DNA of 64,000 bases from assembly GCF_006345805.1 (NCBI RefSeq), contig NC_043004.1, forward strand, positions 98,580,001 through 98,644,000. The letters run 5' to 3'. The notes under the pieces are model-generated. The model ran no database searches. It was not told the origin of the DNA and was given only the letters and a program-made list of their open reading frames with translations. Made by a program: the position numbers and the translations under genes. Below, piece after piece: positions 52,536-64,000 of this stretch; positions within the stretch are counted from its first letter, which is position 1; each line of letters begins with the position of its first letter. The DNA comes from Octopus sinensis (taxonomy: Eukaryota).

Positions 52536-52540
<5 letters not shown>
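52310..52540. ncRNA. Hammerhead-bearing short element with fold-back duplication (HHR 52342-52379 minus, 52396-52433 plus)
   Basis: ~75-bp arms; CUGU-CUGAUGA-ACG GCAA CGA-GAAA-CUCAGAGU-A-ACAG; plus copy has CUAAUGA. Confidence 0.8.
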
Positions 52541-52584
<44 letters not shown>

Positions 52585-52611
52585 ATATATATAACTGTCT
52601 ATCTATTTATC

Positions 52612-52659
<48 letters not shown>

Positions 52660-52758
52660 CATACAAAATTTAAAGGACTGACCACTAAAAGTGGACGGTC
52701 AACATGCTAGATATAGACGTCAAATCGCTATTTTCCACAAAGAATATGTCTCAAATAT

Positions 52759-52821
<63 letters not shown>

Positions 52822-53911
52822 TATATATATATTATATATATATATATAGTATATATATATATATATAATATATATAATATAAATAATATATAAATATATG
52901 TATATATACTTACATATATATACATACCTACATATATATGTATATATACACACATATATGGGTACAGGGCATCAAAAACCGTTGAACAAAATGAGAAACG
53001 AAAACATAAAAACAAGAACATAGAAATGAGCTTTTCTTCAAACAACAAAAAAAAAACAGAGTACAAGACATACAACACAAGGTATATTCCCCTTCTTCAG
53101 TTAGAGAGAGAGAGAGAAATTGATGAATGGATAGATAGCTATGTACGTACATGCATACATACATACATATATACACACACACAAACATACACACACACAA
53201 ACATACATATGTACTTGCATAAAACAATTCAGCTTTAATAAGAATTTTAAAGATTAACAAAAGTTTCAGGCTTAGAAAATAATCTAACAGTGTCTGGACG
53301 TATACAAAGATCCTACTATTTCTGGAATATGCCTATATTGATCTTTACAAGTAATTTATCAATGCATTTATCGTTGCCATCGTTATTATAATTCTTCTTA
53401 ATCTCATAAATTGATATCAGGGAGCAATGGATTGTCAGAACCAGTGGAGTGACCAACAAAATGCTTTGCAATATTTAGCTATATCACTTTACATTCCAGT
53501 CGAGCTCACCTTTGCCTTTCATCCATCTGAGGTCGATACAGTAAATAACATTCAATAACGAGGTCGATATAACCAATTATATTCGCTCTCCTACTTTAAA
53601 TGTATGATCTATTGCTTATATTAGAAATCATTATTATTATTTCCACCAAACTGGAGTTATCTCTTTCACTACTTTTAGAAGAGATACGTTCCATTGGTCA
53701 GAAAATCCGGTACACTGGGCTTGGTTTGTTAAGAGGCACCATTATCTACAGAAATTGCTGAACACTGAACATGTGCGTTTGTCATTTGTCAAGCATGTCT
53801 TTGCACAATTTGTGTCTTTGATGGAGGCGCAGGCCTGGTCAAATACTGACAAAGATTGTGCACTTAGTATTTGAAATGTAGTCAGGTGTTCACAGTTTAC
53901 TACTAGTAGTA

Positions 53912-54330
53912 TTATTATTTCTTTACAGCCCACAAGGGGTTACACACAGAGGGGACAAACAAGGACAGACAAACAGATTAAGTCAATTATATCAACCCCA
54001 GTGCGTAACTGGTACTTATTTAATTGACCCCGAAAGGATGAAAGGCAAAGTCAACCTCAGCAGAATTTGAACTCAGAATGTAGTGGCAGATGAAATACCT
54101 ATTTCTTTATTGCCCACAAGGGGCTAAACATAGAGGGTACAAACAAGGACAGACATAGGTATTAAGTCGATTACATCGACCCCAGTGCGAAACTGGTACT
54201 TATTTAACTGACCCCGAAAGGATGAAAGGCAAAGTCATCCTCGGCAGAATTCGAACTCAGAACGTAGTGGCAGATGAAATACCGCTAAGCAATTCGCCTG
54301 GCATGCTAACAATTCTGCCAGCTCGCCGCC
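53912..54330 (-). mobile_element. SINE family 2 dimer (full-length plus 5'-truncated copy)
   Basis: 15-bp direct repeat TTACTACTAGTAGTA at 53897-53911 and 54331-54345. Confidence 0.85.
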
Positions 54331-55077
54331 TTACTACTAGTAGTAGTATTTTGCAGTCAATGGTACTTCAACTTCAGTCTTTTTATAAGGGTTTTGTACT
54401 GGGCAACATTGATAATATTCTTAGAGAAATGCAAGGTATAAATAATAATCAACTTCATGGTCTATTATAAGAGGGAAACTTTCATCCTGGACCCTCAAGA
54501 TTGAAAGTGTGTGAAGTGTTTAAATATTGTTATTTTCCATGTTTTTCTTCCTTTTTTTCCAGGTGGTAAGGACATTGCTTGCTTCTGATGAAAATCTACT
54601 GGCATGGAAGAGCTATCAGTCAAGCTTGTCTGTTTGGGATATAGACAGAGACAATGAAACAGGTCTACACATACTTGTTCATTATCCATGACTTACTGAT
54701 TCCTTGAACAATGTTGATTATTTTTAAAGTGGGCAGAAAAATCACCAGACTGCCTTTCTTTGACTAGGAAGAGCAAGCAGCTCTTCACTGTCTGGTGGTT
54801 ATAATGAAAGACATAAAAGGGTGGACGAAACTAAAAGGACTGATGATATATTCTTCTTCAACCAAGCTTTCAATTTCTGTTTTTACTTCTACTTGGAGAG
54901 ACAGAGTGGGAGGTTCTGGCGGTGGTGAGGAGATTGCATACCTGTAAATAAGCTGAAATGTGAGTGACACCAATGAGAAAGGCCATGAGTGGGATTAATT
55001 TGACCATGCCCCTGTGAGTAGGAGAACACACTTACGAGAAACCACTTGCCCTAGGCAGTGATTATTTTATTTTTTTT

Positions 55078-55290
55078 ATTCTTTTATTTGTTTCAGTCAT
55101 TTTGATAGTGGCCAGGCTGGAGCATCGCCTTTAGTCGAGCAATTTGACCCCAGGACTTATTCTTTTGTAAGCCTAGTACTTATTCTATCGGTCACTTTTA
55201 CCGAACCACTAAGTTACAGGGATGTAAACACACCAGCATTGGTTGTCAAGCGATGTTGGGGAACAAACACAGACACACAAACATACACAC

Positions 55291-55333
<43 letters not shown>

Positions 55334-55852
55334 CTTTATTTAAAAGCAGCAGAAATTTCAACAAAACCTGTTACTCTGAGTTTCACATTCCCGTTCGTCG
55401 GACAGTTTTTGCTAGAATATTACTCTACCACTGGTATTTGAGTACTCTTTTTTCCACCTTGTTTCACATTTATGTGTTTACTCCGGTATATATATATATA
55501 TATATATATACTTTATTTAAAAGCAGCAGAAATTTCAACAAAACCTGTTACTCTGAGTTTCACATTCCCGTTCGTCGGACAGTTTTTGCTAGAATATTAC
55601 TCTACCACTGGTATTTGAGTACTCTTTTTTCCACCTTGTTTCACATTTATGTGTTTACTCGGTATATATATATATATAGACATATATGCGATGGGCTTCT
55701 TTCAGTTTCCATCTACCAAATCCATTCACAAGGCTTTGGTCGGCTCGAGGCTATAGTAGAAGACACTTGCCCAAGGTGGCATGCAGTGGGACTGAACCTG
55801 GAACCATGTGGTTTATAAGCAAGCTACTTACCACACAGCCACTCCTACGCCT
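55078..55852 (-). mobile_element. SINE family 1 split by insertion into its internal microsatellite
   Basis: 3' half 55078-55330, 5' half 55680-55852. Confidence 0.88.
55334..55662 (-). ncRNA. Tandem dimer (period 177 bp) of hammerhead-bearing unit; HHRs at 55368-55405 and 55545-55582
   Basis: CUGU-CCGACGA-ACG GGAA UGU-GAAA-CUCAGAGU-A-ACAG in both units; same family as 52310-52540. Confidence 0.8.
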
Positions 55853-55952
55853 ATAATCTTGATGATAATCTTGTAACAGCGAGATACTCTGCTAGGATTT
55901 CTTCATTCCGTTTGAATATTGCTGTTTTCTGTTATGTAATACACAGACAAGT

Positions 55953-56180
55953 GAAGGCATGTGGCTTAGCGGTTAGGGTGTTTGCCTCATGATCACAAGA
56001 TCATGAGTTCGATTACAGGTGATGTGCGGTATCTTTAACCAAGACACTATTTCACGCAGCTTCAGTCCACTCAGCTGGCAAAAATGAGAAGTACCTGTAT
56101 TTCGAATTCGGTGTCACAATGAATCTCTTTGTGAACTGTGTTAAAGGTTTACATATCTGTGGGGTATTCAGCTACTACTT
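55953..56180 (+). mobile_element. tRNA-derived SINE, family 5, degenerate (related copy ~40375-40600)
   Basis: A-box TGGCTTAGCGG, B-box GAGTTCGATT, CAGTCCACTCAGCTG core. Confidence 0.6.
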
Positions 56181-56407
56181 GTTCAATAATTCCATGCTTA
56201 GGGATTGCAAAAAAAAAAAACCAAAAAAAAAGAAGGAAGAATTAAAAAATGGTGGTTGTAAGATGAAGAAACAAACCAACTCTCTGCTGTAGTCATTCCT
56301 TAGTTTCGGAGTGAACCATAATCATACTGGACCATGTTTGCCAGTTTTGCCATTATTCAAAGTTGATGAACAAACCTGGTAGCTATACCACCACTATCAC
56401 CACCACA

Positions 56408-56441
<34 letters not shown>

Positions 56442-56920
56442 TCATCGTCATCATCATCACCATATCACCACTAACATCATCATTTAACATCTGTTTTTCT
56501 ATGCTGGTATGGACAGGATGGTTTGATAGGAACTGGTAAGTCAGAGGGCTGGGATCTTTTCTTTTTGAAAGCCAGATTTTCCTAGTTAACTAAACAATTT
56601 GAAACTTCGTATACTGGTAGAATGTGTCAAAAGAAAACATAATTGTAAACCAAAATGAAAACGGAATTGTAATTTCTAAGTTTAACGTTGTTTAAAACTT
56701 CGAATTTTAACCAATGATATTCTTTCTTTCGGCCTCATATTATTTACTGCTTCTCAAAATATTGTTACTGTGACGTAAACAGCTATTTTGTGACGTAGTT
56801 AACGTAAACATGTAAATAGCTAACTAAAATGTAAACATCTCCGCTTATCATAAACTTCGTGGAGTATATATAAAATTTGTGTAGATCCTAAATAGCTACA
56901 CACACATGTATACAAACATA

Positions 56921-56967
<47 letters not shown>

Positions 56968-57989
56968 CTATACACACATATTCTAATGCATATGCATATA
57001 TGTGTATATATTTATAATGTGTGTGTATTATAGATGCATACATTATATATATATATATTATATATATATATATAAAAGATGTTTACATACAATATATATA
57101 TGTTATATACATCTACATGTATATGTATGTATGAATATATAAGAACCACAGAATTTGAATCAAACTGTTTTGATCCATACATGCACCCACACACACACAC
57201 ACACCAACACTACCATCCATGAGACATCCTAACATAATCAATGCTACTACTACTATCATCATCATTATCATCATCATCCACTGCCGCCACCACCACCACC
57301 ACCACCTCTACAAAAACACCAACACTATAATTGCTGCCATCATACACATCCACTGTCACAACTACCACCACTGCCATGATAACGACATCTACCACAGCTG
57401 TTTGCTTACTGCTTACCCACTCACAAAATAGCTATCTACGTCACATTAACACTATGCAGCTAATAATTTCAAATGAAAACAGACAATAGAATTGGTTAAG
57501 GATAGAATAAGTACTGGGCTTACAAAAAGAATAAGTCCCGGGGTCGAGTTGCTCGATTAAAGGCGATGCTCCAGCATGGCCGCGGTCAAGAGTAACATTA
57601 AAAGTAAAATATGTTTTATATGACACATTAGGGTTAGGGTTAGTGTCCGAAGGTTGAAAGTGTTTAGTTAAAAAAAATATATTTCTCGATCTGCCGTTGA
57701 AAGGGTAAAGATCCCTTATATTATTTATTTAAACCCTTTACAAACTAGAAGGGTTATGGGTCAAGAGGAAAATACATCAATCAAATGTTGGGAAGGCCAT
57801 CGGTTGAATAAAACAACATTGTTCCTCAACAGAACAATAAGGCTCTATAGTTAGGGGGAAATTTACCCATTCAGTTTCAAAACTCAGGTGGAGCCAAAAG
57901 AGGTCTCTACACATACATACGTACACACACACACACATACATACATACATATATCCAGACAACTTCAGCTTTATATATATATATATGTA

Positions 57990-58835
57990 CTAGCAGAATT
58001 GCCGGCGTTGCTCGGGCTGAATTGCTTGAAAGTACTGTTAATGATTGCACTGAATTATGATGATTATTCAGGCAAATATTGATATAAGTTTACGGTGGGA
58101 GATAAGGACTTAACAATCAAACGTGTGTGCCATTGCATTGTTTTGGGGGAACCCAAATTTCTGATGAGCATTATAGGGGCACCAACTTTAAGTTTGAGAA
58201 AGTGTGGTGGTAGTCCGGGGTGCTCAAAGGAATTGAGTACCTCTATTGGATAGTATGACGTCCTCTGGGTCAGGAGTTGTATCGATAGACTGATATGCAT
58301 AGAATCCCCAGGGAATGAGTTTTAGCATTTCATCATTAATATGGTGAACAGTTTTATTCCTCGGGGCCAGTATAGCCTTTTTGCCAATCCAATCCATATT
58401 CTGATAATTAGCTTGTAGATCTGGGAACACTGCATCTCTGAGATCAGGAGGCGTCTTAACAATGGTACAAATGGAATCGATGGCAATATTACCATTTTCA
58501 CACCCTGGTATTTTGCCTTCGCCAAGTGCAAGGAGGGTGTGAGGAAATGCTGCTGATGTGATATTACGTCGCATATGAGCACTCATATTGGTGTGAAGTT
58601 TGAGTGTTACTTCCCTTTATTTAAAAAAATATGCATTAAAATGGAAAAAAATGATGGTAAATTATTTTTAAAATCGTAGACTCATCGTAGACGCGCGCTA
58701 CTACCCAGAAGGGCTCGATATGAATCACGACTATAAGATACCCGGTTTTGGTTAAACTGCATCGCAAAATGTGGGAGTAATTAGGAATCTAAATCGGAGT
58801 AGACAAACACACAACCTTTCTTTTATATATAAAGA
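57990..58835 (-). mobile_element. Helitron deletion derivative carrying a helicase fragment
   Basis: A|CTAG end with hairpin at 57990, AAAGA|T end at 58835, internal RepHel coding remnant. Confidence 0.88.
58085..58606 (-). pseudogene. Helitron PIF1-like helicase fragment
   Basis: LLALGEGK...AILAPRNKTVHHIN...[34 protein letters not shown]...GTRLIV, with frameshifts. Confidence 0.92.
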
Positions 58836-58836
58836 T

Positions 58837-59156
58837 TTTCGTCCGTCCTAAAAAACTTTGTGCGGAGTGAATGGTTACCTCTATGGAAATATATACACAC
58901 ACATTATACATACATGTGTGTATAGATGAATATATAAATACATTTAAATATCTATATACACTTTTGGGCGATCTTTCTGCTACTTGGATATACTTTAGAT
59001 CTTATATTCGTCCAATTCGTCCTAAATAACTTTGTATGGAGTGAATGGTTACCTCTATGGAAATATATACACACAATTATACATACATGTGTGTGTCTAT
59101 ATACACTTTTGGGCGACTGCTACTCTACTTAGAGATAACTTTAGATGTTAGGTGAT
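58837..59156 (+). repeat. Two diverged tandem copies of a ~150-170-bp unit
   Basis: GGAGTGAATGGTTACCTCTATGGAAATATATACAC and CTATATACACTTTTGGGCGA each occur twice. Confidence 0.8.
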
Positions 59157-61478
59157 CTAGCAAAAGGATGACCAGTTTGACTTGCTCATCCCTGTCACAC
59201 ACTCACATACACGCACACACACAACACACACGCACCCTCACACACACACAGACGCACACACAGACGCACACACACACACACACACACACCACGCACGTTA
59301 GCTTACAATTTTATTTATATATTTGCGTGTCTATGTGTGTAAAGAGGAAGTGGAAGTAATATGCAGAGTGAAATGTTAAAATATTGAGTTTTCTCGAATT
59401 TTGTCTTAATTGGGGGTAAAATTGAAAGAAATTTTGTATGGCATGGAAGTACTTTGAAAAATCATGGGTAAACTCTAATTGAAGAAATTGTGAAATTGTG
59501 TGAGAGTAAATCGTTATGTATTTATTTGTTTCTGTTTGCTGTGTTTTTTTTTTAGTAGTGGTTTAAGGTACACTTCTCTCGTTTTATAGAAATAGTTTCA
59601 CTTTAATCGTTGCACACTTGCAAAGAGAAAGGAGTAGAAATTAGAGTGATAGCGTGAGTGAATCAGATCGCTCCGTTTTTGTGTGTGTGTGTGTGTGTGT
59701 GCGTGTGCTCTAGCCAACAATAAGAAAAGCACTTGACTTACACACCACAATGTCAGTTTTCTCTAAATTTTGCTTAATTGGGGTTGAAATTTTCAAAACT
59801 GGACCTGGCATGACCCGATGCATTCTACTCTTTAAAATGCTAGGTAAATTGTAATTGAAGAAATCCTATATTGTAGATTTGTATAAGAGACAAAGGGAGA
59901 CAGATAAAATCTGCCTTTTATAATAAGACTAGCAGTATCGCCCGGCGTTGCTCGGGTTTGTAAGGGAAATAACTATATAAGCATTTATCGAGAGTTATAG
60001 CCAAAAAAATAGCAAAAAAATGCATTAAAAATTGAAAAAAAATTAAGGTAAATTTTTTTTAAATCGTTGACACATCGTAGATATCTTTAGAGAGTTACTT
60101 CCCTTATATAAAAGCGAAAAAATGCATTAAAATGGAAAAATATGATGGTAAATTTTTAAAATCGTAGACTCATCGTAGACGCACACTAATATCCAGAAGG
60201 GCTCGATATGAATCACGACTATAAGATACCCGCTTTTGGTTTAAATGCACCGCAAAATGTGGTAGTAGTAGTTAGGAATCTAAATCGTAGGAGACAGACA
60301 CACAACTTCACTCTTATATAAAGATGCTTTTTTTTTCAGTCATAGAGTTAGATTTATGAAGGTCTTCAGTAGAAAATCCTTCGAATTCTGACTCGCTGCT
60401 TGATATAATGAAATTCGTATCCATTTTTTGTCAGAATTACAAATTTTGAAAACACAATAGAACAAATTTGAAAAAAATCTCCCATAATTCACGGAATTAA
60501 AAATTACACTTCGATTTTTGTACAAAACTGTAGTTGAAGTGTTTCCGAAGTATAATACGTGTTTTCACGAATGTACTAAAGAGATTTGCTCTGATATTCT
60601 CATTTAAATATGAATAGGTAAATTCGGGCGGCTTGGTAACTATATATAAGTGTCGTCTGTTTATACATAAACACTGTTTCATACTGCAATTATATATACA
60701 TATATCTATATATAATATTATATAATAAAATATATACAGAGTAAAATAAAAACCAATTTACCTTTCTGTCCGTCCGTGTGTCTTTGCAAATGTGTTGGAA
60801 TAATAAGTGAGTTGAGTTTTGGCGCCTTTTTTACTAATAACAAACACACACGTGTTTGTATGTAGTGTATGTGTATGTAGTTGTATATGTATGTGTATGC
60901 GTGGTGTGAGGAATGACACACACACACTCACGCACGCACACATGTACATCAATGCTTCGGAGAGTGATATGTTAAAATATTGAGTTTTCTCCAATTTTGT
61001 CTTAATTGGTGGTAAAATTGAAAGAAATTTTTATGGCATCACCCACTGAAGTACTCTGAAAAATCTTAGGTAAATTCTAATTGAAGAAATTGTGTGAGGA
61101 GTAAATGGTTATGTATTTATTTGTTTCTGTTTGCTGTGTTTTTTTTATTTTTTGAGTAGTGGTTTAAAAACTTTCAGTTTAGTCTTCCTCAAATCACTCT
61201 GTCGCTATTTACTTTCATTTTATTCGTCGCACACTGTGTGTGTGCGTTTGCGTGTGGTGTAAACCAGACTAAGAAAAGCATTTGACACACACACCAGAAT
61301 GTGAGTTTTCTGTAAATTTTGCTTAATTGGAGTTTAAATTTTAAAAACTGGACCTGGCATGACGCGATGCATTCTACTCTTAAAAATGCTAGGTAAATTG
61401 TAATTGAAGAAATCCTATATTGTAGATTTCTATAACTCCCAAAGGGAGGCAGATAAAATCTGCCTTTTATAATAGAGA
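59157..61478 (-). mobile_element. Helitron array (59157-59928 and 59929-61478)
   Basis: Second head-to-tail junction TAAGA|CTAG at 59928/59929; 59929-61478 closely matches 49496-51055. Confidence 0.85.
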
Positions 61479-62171
61479 TAAACTCAAAGAGCAACTAGAA
61501 AGTGAAAGTAGTTCTAACTTAGGATGTATCATAGATAGTGGTGGCAATGGTGTTGGAGGTGGTAGATGTGGTTATCATGGCAGTGGTGTGTGTAGTGGTG
61601 ACAGTGGATGTGTATGATGGCAGAAATTATAGTGTGGGTGTTTTGTAAGAGTGGTGGTGGTGGCGGCAGTGGATGATGATGATAATGATGATGATAGTAG
61701 TAGTAGCATTGATTATGTTAGGATGTCTCATGGATGGTAGAGTTGAAGACATTGCAGAGTGTAGTGGTGGTGAAATTGGTGATTTTGAATATGATGCTGG
61801 TATTGATCTTGGGGTTGTGGTTGCAGAAGATGGTTGTGGTGGTGGCATTCGAGGTTGTAGTAATGGTTGTAGTGGTGGTTGTGAAGATGATTCTGATATT
61901 GATAGTCTTTGCATTGAGGTGGTGGCAGAGTCAGAGTAAATAATAAGAGCCGAGTTAACACAAGATTCTTAAATTTCGGAGATCATAAGATAGAGAGCAA
62001 GAAGTAAAAAGTTCCAATACTGGCCCAATACCTACACCCCAGATTCTTCAACTATTTATAAGAAAGGGGTTAATGGCAGGATAGGGATTCAGTTTTAAAA
62101 TAAATTGTATAACAAAAAATACATAAATAAATTACTGCTCCAACGATGTAATTTTAGTATGTGTGTATGTA

Positions 62172-62208
<37 letters not shown>

Positions 62209-63439
62209 GCAATGCAAACAATGGAAAATAATTTAAACACTCATTTTCTGATGTCTAAGGATGGATATTTATGCGTATGAATCTTTTTCTTTTTATTTTC
62301 TTTGAAATATAATTCTAGGGAACTGAAAAAGCTGTGTACGATGCCAAGCGAATTTAGCTGTTTACGATGAGCGGATGTTTACGTTACAAACGAATCTGTA
62401 GGTCTGTTTACATGTTTACGTTAACTACGTCACAAAATAGCTGTTTACGTCACAGTAACAATATTTTGAGAGGCAGTAAATAATATGAGGTCGAAAGAAA
62501 GAATATCATTGGTTAAAATTCGAATTATTAAACAACGTTAAGCTTAGAAATTACAATTCCGTTTTCATTTTGGGTTACAATTATGTTTTCTTTTGACACA
62601 TTCTACCAGTATACGAAGTTTCAAATTGTTTAGTTAACTAAGAAAATCTGGCCTTCAAACTGAAAAGATCCGAGGGCTGTACTAAGCTCTAGTGTCTGTA
62701 TTGGTATGGTTTCTCTATGGTTGGCCACCTTTCATAGCAGCAGCCATTTTATAGAGGATATATAGAGTTGACATAAATATTTCAAAAGAGTGTACTGGGT
62801 GCTTTTTTTTACTTGGCACAAGCAACAATGACGTCACCAAGTAACCTGTAGTACAAGAACCTTCAACTTTCACAGAGAGAATAAATTCACATAGATATGA
62901 TGCCGTATGCATATTTATTCTCTAAAGACATAACAGTAATCAAATTTTCATCTGTTAGGAAGGGAAACTGCATTGCAAATATAGTTCTCTATGATCATAC
63001 CTCTTGCTCAAAGCATACAGCAGATATTGAATATATATATATATAAATATATATATATATTAATTATTCAAAAATATTCGAATGATAAAAGCTTTCTATG
63101 GAAATAAATGCGAAACTTCGCAGCTATTTCTGACATGACATTTACTCCTCAATGGCTAAAAGTTATAAATAAATTCTCGTTTGATTTGTGCAGAAATATT
63201 TCTATTACAATGCATACGCTGTTAATGCACTTTGAACCACCATGTTTGTAAATGCTGCAGTTCAGACCTGCATATGTCATATCTGTGTGTTTCTATGATA
63301 CATTATATTGGTAGGTATTAAAAACCAAAATAAATTGTATTTAATACATTATTGCTGTCACCAGCATAGATCTCACACTTTTAAATATATCCCATGATTA
63401 CAAGGCTCTTATCAATTTATTTGAAGAGTTACTCTCCAT

Positions 63440-63477
63440 TTATGTGAATACACACACATATATATCTATGCATATGC

Positions 63478-63514
<37 letters not shown>

Positions 63515-63670
63515 CATGTATATATATATGTGTGTATCTATGCACAAATATATGTGTAAATATATATATATATGTACATATATATATATGTGTAAATATA
63601 TATAAATATATTAATATACATATATATATATATCTATATATAAATATATATATATATATATATGTAATAT

Positions 63671-63736
<66 letters not shown>

Positions 63737-63740
63737 GTAC

Positions 63741-63774
<34 letters not shown>

Positions 63775-64000
63775 GTGTAATATATGTATATATGTATATA
63801 TATGTGTAAATATATATAGACAAACATATATATACACACATACCTATAAATATACAAATATATATACATATATATATATAGGTACACATACATATATACA
63901 CATATATATATGCACACACACATACATATATATACATGTGTATGTATGTATATATTTGTATATATATATGCTGCATATATGCATGTGTGTATATATACAA
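63440..64000. repeat. (TA)n/(TG)n/(CA)n microsatellite
   Basis: Direct reading. Confidence 0.95.

Larger units (their letters stand above)
56552..62671. mobile_element. 6.1-kb non-autonomous TIR element (Merlin- or MULE-like) with ~300-bp TIRs and 8-bp TSD
   Basis: TIRs start GGATCTTTTC, about 95% identical over ~270 bp; TSD GAGGGCTG at 56544-51 and 62672-79; flanks rejoin into one family 4 element. Confidence 0.85.

Noticed and set aside
54560-54973. Strong-looking acceptors and ORFs on both strands (SSPPPEPPTL..., VVRTLLASDEN...)
   Set aside because: All frames hit stops without a good donor. The plus strand reads WRDRVGGSGGGEEIAY, like the APE endonuclease RRDR..GGGVAIY motif, so it is probably a decayed LINE.
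57627-57643. TTAGGGTTAGGGTTAG interstitial telomere-like repeat
   Set aside because: Only about 2.5 units; too short to interpret.
61627-61961. Acidic and Pro/Ser-rich ORFs (DGRVEDIAECSGGEIGDFEYD...)
   Set aside because: Decayed GAT/GGT simple repeat inside the TIR element, partly duplicated in inverted orientation; no splice support.
408-64000. Dozens of ORFs rich in Y/I/C/V/M/H/T in the ORF track
   Set aside because: They are translations of (TA)n, (CA)n, (TATG)n, (GATA)n and (CAT)n microsatellites, which lack stops in several frames.

Overview
AT-rich animal genomic DNA dominated by microsatellites and transposable elements. The SINE families and repeat density suggest an octopod cephalopod (inference; no database search was possible). 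No long intact host CDS, rRNA, tRNA gene or CRISPR array is present, and nearly all ORF-track entries are simple-repeat artefacts or TE remnants. The window holds a 2.8-kb CR1-type LINE, several other LINE remnants, Tc1, mariner, IS630-like and piggyBac elements, several MITE/fold-back palindromes, at least five tRNA-derived or RTE-tailed SINE families, and two Helitron clusters. A handful of short minus-strand exons with good splice sites point to an unidentified, long-intron host gene. Highlights: (1) about ten Penelope/retrozyme-type minimal hammerhead ribozyme (HHR) motifs from several sequence families, including a tRNA-headed SINE carrying an HHR, a tandem HHR dimer, a fold-back HHR pair and a possible G3:C8 core-swap variant; (2) a 6.1-kb non-autonomous element with ~300-bp TIRs and an 8-bp TSD (GAGGGCTG) that splits a SINE and contains a Helitron array; (3) composite Helitrons that captured a whole piggyBac element and then spread deleted versions of it in head-to-tail arrays.
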